This document shows, one piece after another, positions 1-8,690 of a DNA stretch of 64,000 bases (positions are counted from its first letter, which is position 1; each line of letters opens with the position of its first letter). The stretch spans positions 551,078 to 615,077 of the forward strand of contig JBAZKJ010000001.1 in NCBI GenBank assembly GCA_041650855.1, given 5' to 3'. The position numbers and the translations under genes are program-made. This stretch comes from Candidatus Margulisiibacteriota bacterium. Its GTDB lineage: Bacteria; Margulisbacteria; WOR-1; O2-12-FULL-45-9; XYB2-FULL-48-7. A model generated the notes under the pieces. The model searched no databases. It saw nothing but the letters and a program-made list of their open reading frames with translations, and was not told the DNA's origin.

Positions 1-492
1 TTGAACGCCGAAGGCAAGACCCTGTGGTTGACCGACGGCATCCCGATCAACCAGGCGGCCCGCACCCAGCAAAATCCGCAGATCGACAGCGGCCAGATCC
101 TCGTTTGGGAAGATTACCGCTTGGGGAACTGGGATATCTTCGCCAATTCGGTCTCCAGCCAGGGCAAACTGGCCTGGGGCGAAGAAGGGGTCCCGGTGGT
201 GTCGCTGCCGCTGACGCAGTACGCGCCGGTGATCGCCCCCTGGAAAGGGCGGGGATTATTGGTCGCCTGGGAAGATTACCGGAACGGCAAACAATACGAG
301 ATCTTCGCCCAAAAGTTGAGCGCCGAAGGAAGGCCGGAATGGCCGGCGAACGGGATCATGGTCAAAACGACCAACGGCGCGCGCGCGCCCAAACTGCTTG
401 CCCTCCCGAACGAAGCCGCCTTCATCGTGATCTGGGAAGATTACACCGGCGGCGGCAAGGCCATCTTCGGCCAGAAATTCCAGCTGGACTAG
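1..492 (+). CDS. 3' end of a repeat-protein gene (partial; start is upstream of window)
   Basis: ORF open from base 1. Three roughly 48-aa tandem repeats each carry W-E-D-Y-R ... IFA ... G ... W motifs. Stop TAG at 490-492 overlaps the metK stop. Confidence 0.5.
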   Translation: MNAEGKTLWLTDGIPINQAARTQQNPQIDSGQILVWEDYRLGNWDIFANSVSSQGKLAWGEEGVPVVSLPLTQYAPVIAPWKGRGLLVAWEDYRNGKQYEIFAQKLSAEGRPEWPANGIMVKTTNGARAPKLLALPNEAAFIVIWEDYTGGGKAIFGQKFQLD

Positions 493-1685
493 GACTGGCC
501 GGCTTTCTTTTTCAAGCCCGCCGCTTTATCGGTTTTTTCCCACGGCAGATCAAGCTCCGGCCGCCCAAAGTGGCCGTACGCCGCGACCTGTTTATAGATC
601 GGCCGGCGCAGCTGCAGTTGCTTGATGATCATGCCGGGCCGCAGGTCAAAATTTTCGGCCACCAGCTTGCCGAGCTTAGCGTCCGGGATCTCGCCGGTGC
701 CGAAAGTGTCGACCATGATCGACAGCGGCCGGGCGACGCCGATCGCGTAAGCGATCTGGACCTCGCATTTTTTCGCCAAGCCTGCCGCCACGATGTTCTT
801 CGCTACCCAGCGCGCCGCGTAAGTGCCGGAGCGGTCGACCTTGGTCGGGTCTTTGCCGGAAAACGCCCCTCCCCCGTGGCGGGCGTAACCGCCGTAGGTA
901 TCAACGATGATCTTGCGCCCCGTCACTCCGGTATCCCCCTGCGGCCCGCCGATCACGAACCGCCCGGTCGGGTTAACAAAATACTTGATCTTGTCGTCGA
1001 CCAGCTCCGCCGGCAGCGTCGGCAGGATCACCCGCTCGATGATCTCGGCCTTCATCTGCTTGGCGTCGACTTCCGGGGCATGTTGGGCGGCGATCAGCAC
1101 CGTGTCGATCCGGACCGGCTTATCGTCTTCGTACTGGATAGTGACCTGCGATTTCCCGTCCGGGCGGAGGTATGACAGCTCGTCGGTCCGGCGCACTTCG
1201 GCTAACCGCTTGGCAAGCTTGTGGGCCAGGGTGATCGGCAGCGGCATCAGTTCTTTGGTCTCGTCGCAGGCGAACCCGAACATCAGTCCCTGGTCCCCAG
1301 CCCCCAGTCCCTCTAAGTCTTCCTTTACGACCTCGCCCCCCCTGATCTCCAGCGCTTTATCGACGCCGCGGGCGATATCTTTCGACTGGCCCTGGATCGC
1401 CACCATCACGCCGCACATCTCGTAGTCAAAACCGTACTTGGCGCGGGTATAGCCGGCGTTCTTGATCGCTTCGCGGACGATCTGGGGGATCTCGACGTAG
1501 CAGCCGGTCGTTACCTCGCCGGCGACGATACAAAGCCCGTTGGTGACCAGCGCTTCCACGGCGACCCGGCCGTGCGGATCGTTTTTCATGATCGCGTCCA
1601 GGATACTGTCGGAGATCTGGTCGCAAAGCTTGTCGGGGTGGCCTTCCGTGACGGATTCGGACGTAAAAAGATAGTTCTTCTTCAT
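489..1685 (-). CDS. metK: S-adenosylmethionine synthetase
   Basis: 398 aa. Hallmark MetK motifs [13 protein letters not shown] and [16 protein letters not shown]. Strong SD GGGAGGAG upstream of the ATG. Confidence 0.95.
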   Translation of the reverse strand: MKKNYLFTSESVTEGHPDKLCDQISDSILDAIMKNDPHGRVAVEALVTNGLCIVAGEVTTGCYVEIPQIVREAIKNAGYTRAKYGFDYEMCGVMVAIQGQSKDIARGVDKALEIRGGEVVKEDLEGLGAGDQGLMFGFACDETKELMPLPITLAHKLAKRLAEVRRTDELSYLRPDGKSQVTIQYEDDKPVRIDTVLIAAQHAPEVDAKQMKAEIIERVILPTLPAELVDDKIKYFVNPTGRFVIGGPQGDTGVTGRKIIVDTYGGYARHGGGAFSGKDPTKVDRSGTYAARWVAKNIVAAGLAKKCEVQIAYAIGVARPLSIMVDTFGTGEIPDAKLGKLVAENFDLRPGMIIKQLQLRRPIYKQVAAYGHFGRPELDLPWEKTDKAAGLKKKAGQS

Positions 1686-1761
1686 TTTTTTCTCCTCCCT
1701 CTTGCGAGCGGACCGGATACTGCAATGAACTTGCTGCTATTGTATAATGTTATTAGTCACC

Positions 1762-3606
1762 ATGTCAAAAAAGACCTTAGCCGTCCTGTTGGTATTCTGC
1801 CTGACGTTCGCCGTTTATCTGCTGACGCTCTGCCCGACCGTCGCGCCGCGCGACAGCGGCGAGCTGATCACCGCCGCTTACACTCTCGGGATCCCGCATT
1901 CGCCCGGTTATCCGCTCTACACCATGCTCGGCAAGCTGTTCGCCTTTATCCCCCTCGGCTCCATCGCCTGGCGGGTCAATCTTTTTTCCGCCGTCTGCGC
2001 CGCCGCGGCCGCCAGCCTGACGTTCCTGCTGATCGCCGGCTTGACCAAAAGCCTGCTCGCCGCCGCGGCCGCCGCGCTCCTGCTCGCCTTCTCGCCGATC
2101 TTTTGGTGGCAGGCGGTCGTCGCCGAAGTTTTCCAGCTTAACTTGCTGTTTGCCGTCGCGACGGTCAGCCTGATCGTCTGGTGGTCGAGGACCAAAGAGC
2201 TCAAACGGCTGCTGCTGTTCGCCTTTGTCTACGGGCTGAGTTTCTCCCACCATCATACGACGGCGCTGCTGGCCCCCGGCTTTCTCTATTTCATCTGGGC
2301 GAACGACCGGACGATCTTTTGGCAATGGAAAAAGATCTTATCCGGCATCTTTGCCTTTGCCCTAGGACTCATCCCTTATGCCTACCTCCCGATCCGCTCC
2401 CTGGCGAATCCTTATATCGATTGGGGCGATCCGCAAAACCTGACGAACTTTATCCAGGTCGTGACCAGGTCGCAATTCGGGTCAATGAAGCTGGACCCGT
2501 CGGTGCCGAACGCCGCCTGGTCTTTCTCCTTGGCGCTCGCTCAAGCCCGAACGCTCCTCGGCTGGCTGCTCGACAGTTTTGTTTGCCTCGGCGTCCTGGT
2601 CGGGCTGATCGGCGCGGCGGCTAACTACAAGGCCGACCGCAAACTTTTCTGGTTCTGCCTGCTCCTCTTCGCCTGCGCCGGCCCGCTCTTTATCCTGCTG
2701 TCGCGTTATCCGCTTGACGACATTTATTATTATCCGTACTGCGCGTCGATGCTGAGCCGGTTCATGCTCCCGGCCATGTTCGTGTTCGCCGTCTGGGTCG
2801 GCTACGGCGCCGCCGCCCTGCTAACCTGGGCCAAGGGATATCGGGCTAAATTATTTGTCGCGCTCCTGCTCCTGGCGCTCCCCTGCCTTTCTTTCTCGCT
2901 CCATTACGCCAAAGCGGACAAAAGCCATTTTTATTATGTCGACGATCTGGCCAGGAACGTCCTGCTGTCGGTTAAGCCTAACGGGATCATCTTTGGCAAT
3001 TCCGACAGCTCGCTTTTCAGCCTCTGGTATTTGCAGGGAGCCGAGGGTTTACGGCCGGACGTCCGGATCGTCAGCGGCACGCCGCACAAGTGGCGGGCGT
3101 TCCAGCTGCTGCGGCGCTATCCCGGGCTAGTCGCTGTCGAGCCGAGCGATCGGGCGATCGCCGCCCGGATCGACGCTTATCCCGACGGGATAGCGTTCCT
3201 GGCCGATATTATCAGCACTAACCTAGACAAAGCGCCGATCTACGTCGATATCAACAGCGCCCCGGAATTCCGGGCTTTTTACCCGCGCTTTGCCCCGGCC
3301 GGGATGATCTACGAGATCCTGCCGACGGCCGATCAGGCGGCAAAATTACGGGCGCTGGAAGGAAGCAAGCCGCTCTGGGGTAAATATCAGTTCCGTTCGC
3401 CGCTCGGCTCGGCCGATCGCGACGATTATTTTCAGTACGAGATCCTCAACCTTTACGCCGAAGCGCGTAATTATTCCGGCGTGGTTTTTGCTCTGAACAA
3501 TCGCTATCAGGAAGCGAGGGGAGAGTTCCAGGCCGCTCTAGCCGTCCTGCCGGACCACCGGAACGCGCTTACCAACCTGGCCAAACTGAAAAGCCTCGGC
3601 TATTGA
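1762..3606 (+). CDS. DUF2723/TMEM260-like GT-C fold polytopic membrane glycosyltransferase with C-terminal TPR repeats
   Basis: About 10 predicted TM segments. PRDSGELITAAYTLGIPHSPGYPLY motif typical of DUF2723 (PMT-like). C-terminal TPR-like repeats. An alternative ATG at 1747 overlaps a TATAAT box (1743-1748), so the 1762 start is preferred. Confidence 0.75.
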   Translation: MSKKTLAVLLVFCLTFAVYLLTLCPTVAPRDSGELITAAYTLGIPHSPGYPLYTMLGKLFAFIPLGSIAWRVNLFSAVCAAAAASLTFLLIAGLTKSLLAAAAAALLLAFSPIFWWQAVVAEVFQLNLLFAVATVSLIVWWSRTKELKRLLLFAFVYGLSFSHHHTTALLAPGFLYFIWANDRTIFWQWKKILSGIFAFALGLIPYAYLPIRSLANPYIDWGDPQNLTNFIQVVTRSQFGSMKLDPSVPNAAWSFSLALAQARTLLGWLLDSFVCLGVLVGLIGAAANYKADRKLFWFCLLLFACAGPLFILLSRYPLDDIYYYPYCASMLSRFMLPAMFVFAVWVGYGAAALLTWAKGYRAKLFVALLLLALPCLSFSLHYAKADKSHFYYVDDLARNVLLSVKPNGIIFGNSDSSLFSLWYLQGAEGLRPDVRIVSGTPHKWRAFQLLRRYPGLVAVEPSDRAIAARIDAYPDGIAFLADIISTNLDKAPIYVDINSAPEFRAFYPRFAPAGMIYEILPTADQAAKLRALEGSKPLWGKYQFRSPLGSADRDDYFQYEILNLYAEARNYSGVVFALNNRYQEARGEFQAALAVLPDHRNALTNLAKLKSLGY

Positions 3607-3609
3607 GGA

Positions 3610-4707
3610 TCAGGGCGCGTATCTAAATATCGTGCCGCCGGCGCCGATCGCCCACCCTTCGGTGCTGGAAAGAAAAAATACGTCGTATAGGTCCGCGGCC
3701 GTCCCGCTCCCCTGAATTTCCCAATCAGCCCCGCTATTCGTCGTATGGAGGACCGTCCCGCCGGTCCCGACCGCCCAACCCTCAAAAGTATTAATAAAGT
3801 TGACCCCGTACAGGTCTGCTGACGTCCTGCTGCTTTGCGGCGACCAGGCGCCGCTGTCCCAATTCATGATGTTCAAGATCGTGCCGCCGTCGCCAACCGC
3901 CCAGCCGATATGCAGCTGGCTGCCGGGGAAACAGACCGCTCGCAATGTCCCGGTCGTGCCGCTCGTTCGCGTGCTCCAGCTGGAGCCGTTGGCCGTTCGG
4001 ATAATGGTCCCGCCCGCTCCGACCGCGACGCCGTAGGCGGTGGTAATACACTGGACCTTTCTCAGGTCATAGCTGGTCCCGCTGCTCTGGGTTGACCAGT
4101 TCGCGCCGCCGTCAGACGTCTGCATGACCAACCCATTGTTGCCGACGACCCACGCCTCAAGCGTGCTGACGAGCGAAGCGCCGTACAGATCTTCGGTCGT
4201 GCCGCTGGTCAGCGGCGCCCAGGTCCACCCGCTGTCCGTGCTCCGCAAGATGAGCCCGTTGTCGCCCGGCAAGAGTTCGATGTTTATGCCCGCAGCCCAG
4301 AAATACTCATAGCCGCGCAGCGTTTCCGGCGTGCCGCTGGCAATGACCGACCAATTGCCGGGAGTAGAGTATGAGCTGGAGATTATTTTCCCGCTTTTAC
4401 CGACCGCCCAGGCCCGGTAATTGCTGCTGCCGGTGCCGTAAGCGAACATTCCCAGCAGGTCCTCGGCCGTGGAGCTGGTTTCCGGCGACCAGACCGTCGT
4501 GGTCGTAGTGCTGGTCGTCGTGGTAGTCGTGGTGGTCGTGGTGCTGGTCGTGGCGATCGTGGTGGTCGAAGTGGCGGGCGCGGAAGTGGTCGTTGTGACC
4601 GGCGCGGCGGTGGTCGTGGTCGTGTCCACTCCGGTCCCGCAACCGGCCAAGCTAACGGCTAACAAGGCAAAGAGTAAAACGGCAAAGGCGACAATTGTTT
4701 TTTTCAT
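3610..4707 (-). CDS. lipoprotein with poly-Thr linker and BNR/Ycf48-like beta-propeller repeats
   Basis: Signal peptide with lipobox LAGC, then a 40-aa Thr/Ser-rich linker. At least 5 repeats of the form GWAVGxGGTIxxTxxGGxxW. Confidence 0.75.
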   Translation of the reverse strand: MKKTIVAFAVLLFALLAVSLAGCGTGVDTTTTTAAPVTTTTSAPATSTTTIATTSTTTTTTTTTTSTTTTTVWSPETSSTAEDLLGMFAYGTGSSNYRAWAVGKSGKIISSSYSTPGNWSVIASGTPETLRGYEYFWAAGINIELLPGDNGLILRSTDSGWTWAPLTSGTTEDLYGASLVSTLEAWVVGNNGLVMQTSDGGANWSTQSSGTSYDLRKVQCITTAYGVAVGAGGTIIRTANGSSWSTRTSGTTGTLRAVCFPGSQLHIGWAVGDGGTILNIMNWDSGAWSPQSSRTSADLYGVNFINTFEGWAVGTGGTVLHTTNSGADWEIQGSGTAADLYDVFFLSSTEGWAIGAGGTIFRYAP

Positions 4708-4730
4708 AAGGCCATTTTAACAACCGTGGT

Positions 4731-4759
4731 TTGCTTAGTCAACAAAAAGCCCATATAAT
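4731..4759 (+). promoter_or_regulatory. sigma70-type promoter TTGCTT-17-TATAAT; ATG 7 nt downstream (leaderless)
   Basis: -35 at 4731-4736 and -10 at 4754-4759. Start codon 4767. Confidence 0.55.
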
Positions 4760-4766
4760 ATATGTA

Positions 4767-5192
4767 ATGGGGAACCTGAGCGAGAATTTTAACCACAAGG
4801 ATTTTGCCTGCAAATGCGGGAAATGCCGGAACGAATACCGCATCCATCTCGGGTTGGTCGGTATCCTGGAGAACATCGCCGTCCATTTCAAGAAACGGCC
4901 CAAGGTCCTGGCCGGCTATTACTGTGAGGACCAGATCGAAGCGATGAAGCGCGAAAAGATCAGCTGGCACTCCAAGGGGAAAGCCGCCCACATCACGCTG
5001 GACGGCATCCCGGCCAAGGATGTCTTCAAATACGCGGAAACGATCGAAGGAGTTAACGGCCTCGGTTTGTACGTCGATGAGAACGCCGTCCATCTCGATA
5101 CCCGCCCGGTCGAAAAGAAAGAAGCCTGGATCAAAGAAAAGGGGAAATATTATCCGCTGACCGCCGACAAGCGGGCGCAATATGGACTCTAG
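4767..5192 (+). CDS. peptidase M15A-like (DUF882/YcbK-type) zinc peptidase domain protein
   Basis: N-terminal CxCGxC, plus SWHSKGKAAHITLDG and AVHLDTRP motifs resembling Peptidase_M15_3. The ATG sits 7 nt after TATAAT (4754-4759). The TTG at 4731 used by the ORF track is the -35 element. Confidence 0.55.
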   Translation: MGNLSENFNHKDFACKCGKCRNEYRIHLGLVGILENIAVHFKKRPKVLAGYYCEDQIEAMKREKISWHSKGKAAHITLDGIPAKDVFKYAETIEGVNGLGLYVDENAVHLDTRPVEKKEAWIKEKGKYYPLTADKRAQYGL

Positions 5193-6057
5193 CCTCCTCC
5201 CCGCCTATCTCAATTACCTGCGCAACGAACGGCGTTATTCCGACCACACGGCCAGCAATTACGCGCGCGATCTCCGGTTCCTCGTCAAGTTCCTCGACCG
5301 GCAGGACGTCGACCGGCTGGCGGCGCGGGAGTACCTGCTGGCGCTGGAAAAGAAGAAATACTCGCGCCGGTCGATCGCCCGCAAGCTGTCGGCCGCCCGT
5401 TCGTTCTTCCGTTATTTGCAAAGAGAGAAAAAGATCAGGGCCAATCCTTTCCAAAACCTGTTAACACCCAAGCTGCCGAAAAAACTGCCGAATTTCCTTT
5501 ACCCGGAGGAGATCAAGGCCCTTTTCAACGCGGTTGACAGCGCCAAGGCGCCCGGGAAGCGGGATATGGCGATCCTGGAAATGATCTATGGGACCGGGAT
5601 GCGGGTCATTGAGGTTACCCGGCTCAACGTTAATGACCTCGACCAGGATGATAACGAGATTCGGGTCTTTGGCAAGGGTTCCAAGGAGCGGATCGTCCTT
5701 TACGGCTCACACGCCCGGACAGCCCTGAAAGAGTATCTGGCCGGCGCCCGGAAAGAGCTCCTCAAGGGGGCTAAGTCCGCCGCCCTCTTTGTCGGCCGGC
5801 GGGGGAGCCGGTTAACGCCCCGGCAGGTGGAGCGGCTGATCCACTTCTACGCCAAAAAGGCGGGGCTCCAGAAAAAAGTGACCCCCCATACTCTCCGCCA
5901 TTCGTTCGCCACCCACCTTCTGGAGGGGGGAGCCGACCTCCGGATGGTCCAGGAGCTGCTGGGCCACGTCTCCCTGTCGACCACCCAGGTCTATACCCAC
6001 GTGACCAAGGAACGCCTGAAAAAGGTCTACGACCTTGCGCACCCCCGGGCTAAATGA
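5182..6057 (+). CDS. tyrosine site-specific recombinase, XerC/XerD family
   Basis: 291 aa. N-terminal SAM-like domain and C-terminal catalytic motif HTLRHSFATHLLEGGADLRMVQELLGHVSLSTTQVYTHV. Overlaps the previous gene by 11 nt. Confidence 0.9.
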   Translation: MDSSLLPAYLNYLRNERRYSDHTASNYARDLRFLVKFLDRQDVDRLAAREYLLALEKKKYSRRSIARKLSAARSFFRYLQREKKIRANPFQNLLTPKLPKKLPNFLYPEEIKALFNAVDSAKAPGKRDMAILEMIYGTGMRVIEVTRLNVNDLDQDDNEIRVFGKGSKERIVLYGSHARTALKEYLAGARKELLKGAKSAALFVGRRGSRLTPRQVERLIHFYAKKAGLQKKVTPHTLRHSFATHLLEGGADLRMVQELLGHVSLSTTQVYTHVTKERLKKVYDLAHPRAK

Positions 6058-6063
6058 TATAAT
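6055..6063 (+). promoter_or_regulatory. extended -10 TGaTATAAT for yceD-rpmF-plsX-fab operon
   Basis: TG at 6055-6056 is part of the xerC-like stop TGA. TATAAT at 6058-6063. GTG start at 6075. Confidence 0.45.
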
Positions 6064-6074
6064 TTGACGTTGTT

Positions 6075-6512
6075 GTGAGACTTGACCTGACAGACCTCCT
6101 CCGGAATACGGGTAATGAGGCCAATATTGACGAGGAGTTGAAGGTCAACTTCGCCGAAGACGGCCTGAGGGCGACCAAGCCGGTCCATGTCAGGCTCCAT
6201 TTGGCCAACACCGGCCCCCTGGTCCTGATGGATGGGACTGCGGAGACTGAGTTCGAGCTGGAATGTTCGCGCTGCGGGAAGATGTTCACCACCTCGCTGG
6301 CCGCTGATATTTCCGAAGAATACTCGAAAAATCCGCGGGAGGTCACTGTCCAGAAAGGGAAAGAGGTCGAGCTCCGTGACGAGGATTTTGTTTACCGGAT
6401 CGAGCCCGACAATACCCTGGACCTGAACGAGGTGGCCCGGCAAGATTTGATCCTGGCCCTACCGCTGCAGACCATCTGCGGCGGGTGCCAGAGCAATAAA
6501 GGAGAGAAATAA
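6075..6512 (+). CDS. yceD: YceD/DUF177 family protein
   Basis: 145 aa with two Cys pairs (CSRCG ... CGGCQ). Conserved position directly upstream of rpmF-plsX-fabH. GTG start 11 nt after a TGaTATAAT extended -10. Confidence 0.75.
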   Translation: MRLDLTDLLRNTGNEANIDEELKVNFAEDGLRATKPVHVRLHLANTGPLVLMDGTAETEFELECSRCGKMFTTSLAADISEEYSKNPREVTVQKGKEVELRDEDFVYRIEPDNTLDLNEVARQDLILALPLQTICGGCQSNKGEK

Positions 6513-6513
6513 A

Positions 6514-6738
6514 ATGCCAGTACCGAAAAAACGACACTCGAACATCAGGCAGGGAAAGCGGCGGTTTTCCAATTATCGTTTAAAGTCGACCAACATCGGC
6601 AAATGCCCGCAATGCGGCGCCCCGGCTCTCCCGCACCAGGTTTGCATGAACTGCGGCACCTATAAGGGGAAGCAGGTCATCAAGCTCAAGGAAAAGAAAG
6701 GGGAGAAGAAAGGGAAACAGAAGGGACCTAAAGAGTGA
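6514..6738 (+). CDS. rpmF: 50S ribosomal protein L32
   Basis: 74 aa. MPVPKKRHS N-terminus and a CPxCG ... CxxCG zinc ribbon. Confidence 0.9.
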   Translation: MPVPKKRHSNIRQGKRRFSNYRLKSTNIGKCPQCGAPALPHQVCMNCGTYKGKQVIKLKEKKGEKKGKQKGPKE

Positions 6739-7721
6739 TCCGGATCGCCCTCGACGCCATGGGGGGCGATCACGCCCCCGGCGAGATAGTCAAAGGCGCT
6801 GTTCTCGCTTCCCTTGAATACCCGGTCAGCATCAGTCTGGTCGGCGATAAACCGCGGCTCGAAAAAGAGCTTTCCCAGTACAAAAAACGGGGAAACCTCT
6901 CCATTGTCCACGCCACCGAAACGATCGGCAATGACGAGCCACCGGTTGCCGCCGTCAAGCAAAAAAAGGATTCTTCCCTCAACGTCGCCATCTCTCTGGT
7001 CAAGAATAAAGCGGCCGACGCCGTCGTCTCGGCCGGCAACACCGGCGCGCTTATGGCCGCCGGCCTCTTTGGGCTGGGGCGGGTGTCCGGCATTGAACGC
7101 CCGGCGATCGCCACTATTTTCCCTACCCCGGCGGGCCCGATCTTACTGTTAGACATGGGCGCTAACGTCGATTGCAAGCCGAAACATCTCCAGCAATTCG
7201 GCGAAATGGGGGCCCAGTACGCGGAGCACGTCATGCACATCAAGAACCCGCGCGTCGGCCTGCTCAACATCGGCGAAGAAAAGGAAAAAGGGAACCAGCT
7301 GGCAGTGGAAAGCTGGCCGCTCCTCAAGGAAGCCCGGATCAACTTTGTCGGCAACGTGGAATCGAAGGAGATCCTTTCCGCCAAGGTCGACGTGGTGGTC
7401 GCCGACGGCTTTGTCGGCAACTTAATATTAAAATTCGGCGAATCGATCAGCGCCTACACGGTCAATCTCCTCAAGCAGGAGCTCAACAAGAATTTGATCA
7501 CCAAGTTCGCCGCTTTTCTCCTTTTGCCGGCGCTCGGCAACATCAAGAAGAGCGTCGATTACGACGAGGCGGGCGGCGCGCCGATGCTCGGCATTAACGG
7601 CGTGGTTTACAAGGCGCACGGCCGGGCCAAGGCGAAAGCGATCAAGAACGCCGTCCGGGTCGCGATCGAGGCGGTCAAGGAAGACCTGGTCGGCTGTATC
7701 TCAAAAATGGAGGCAAGATGA
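6735..7721 (+). CDS. plsX: phosphate acyltransferase PlsX
   Basis: 328 aa. MIRIALDAMGGDHAP N-terminus is diagnostic of PlsX. Four-nt overlap with rpmF. Confidence 0.95.
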   Translation: MIRIALDAMGGDHAPGEIVKGAVLASLEYPVSISLVGDKPRLEKELSQYKKRGNLSIVHATETIGNDEPPVAAVKQKKDSSLNVAISLVKNKAADAVVSAGNTGALMAAGLFGLGRVSGIERPAIATIFPTPAGPILLLDMGANVDCKPKHLQQFGEMGAQYAEHVMHIKNPRVGLLNIGEEKEKGNQLAVESWPLLKEARINFVGNVESKEILSAKVDVVVADGFVGNLILKFGESISAYTVNLLKQELNKNLITKFAAFLLLPALGNIKKSVDYDEAGGAPMLGINGVVYKAHGRAKAKAIKNAVRVAIEAVKEDLVGCISKMEAR

Positions 7722-8680
7722 AAGCGAAGATACTCGGGACCGGTTCGGCTCTGCCCAGCAAGATCGTCACGAATGACGACCTCTCCAAGATCGTCGACAC
7801 CAATGACGCCTGGATCCAGGAACGGACCGGCATTAAGGAGCGCCGGGTCTCGGACGCGGGGACCGCGACCTCGGACCTCGCGCTGATCGCCGCCGAACGG
7901 GCGCTGGCCGCCGCGAAAATTTCTCCCGACCAGCTCGACCTGATAATCGTCTGCACCTGCAGCCCCGACATGCTCTTCCCGTCCACCGCCTGCATCCTCC
8001 AGGGGAAAATTAAGGCGACCAACGCGGCCGCTTTCGACCTCTCGGCCGCCTGTTCCGGCTTCAACTTCGGGTTAACGGCCGCCAGCAGCCTGATCCAGAG
8101 CGGCCAGTTCAAAACGATCCTCCTGGTCGGCGCTGATACCTTAACTAAATACTTGGATTGGACCGACCGCGGCACCTGCATCCTCTTCGGCGACGGGGCC
8201 GGAGCGGTCGTTTTAACCGCGACCGATAAGAACGAGGGGGTCCTGGCTAGCCTGATCCGGGCGGAAGGGAGCCTCGGCCATTTTCTGACGATGCCGGGGG
8301 GCGGTTCGCGCGACCCGGAAGAGAAAAACGGCCGTTTTATCAAGATGAACGGCAAGGAAGTGTTCAAATTCGCCGTTCGGGCGCTCGAGACCTCCGTCCG
8401 GGACATCCTGCTTCAGGCGGGAAAAACGATCGCCGACATCGACCTCTTCATCCCCCATCAGGCCAATATCAGGATAATTGAACATGTCAGCAAGAAGATG
8501 GGGTTGCCAAAGGAAAAGGTTTATGTTAATCTCCACAAGTACGGCAATACCTCGGCAGCTTCCGTCCCCATCGCCTTGGACGAAGCACTGGCTGAAGGGA
8601 AGATAAAATCAGGCGATCTTTTGATCCTTTCTGGTTTTGGTGCCGGATTAACCTACGGCTCGAATCTGATCAAATGGTAG
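7718..8680 (+). CDS. fabH: 3-oxoacyl-ACP synthase III
   Basis: 320 aa. N-terminal KILGTGSALP ... DAWIQERTGIKERR, an active-site Cys region (AACSGF) and a C-terminal GFGAGLTYG. Confidence 0.95.
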   Translation: MKAKILGTGSALPSKIVTNDDLSKIVDTNDAWIQERTGIKERRVSDAGTATSDLALIAAERALAAAKISPDQLDLIIVCTCSPDMLFPSTACILQGKIKATNAAAFDLSAACSGFNFGLTAASSLIQSGQFKTILLVGADTLTKYLDWTDRGTCILFGDGAGAVVLTATDKNEGVLASLIRAEGSLGHFLTMPGGGSRDPEEKNGRFIKMNGKEVFKFAVRALETSVRDILLQAGKTIADIDLFIPHQANIRIIEHVSKKMGLPKEKVYVNLHKYGNTSAASVPIALDEALAEGKIKSGDLLILSGFGAGLTYGSNLIKW

Positions 8681-8690
8681 GGGGTAAGTT

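Noticed and set aside
24-1175. 383-aa ORF on + strand overlapping metK
   Set aside because: Antisense to a clearly identified metK. Arg/Gly/Pro-rich translation typical of high-GC frame artifacts, with no RBS.
1686-1746. SAM riboswitch upstream of metK
   Set aside because: Only about 60 nt separate metK from the divergent gene. No SAM-I-like helices are visible and the SD directly precedes the ATG.
4731-4766. TTG start at 4731 for the M15-like gene
   Set aside because: 4731-4736 is the -35 hexamer TTGCTT of a consensus promoter whose -10 lies 7 nt before ATG 4767.
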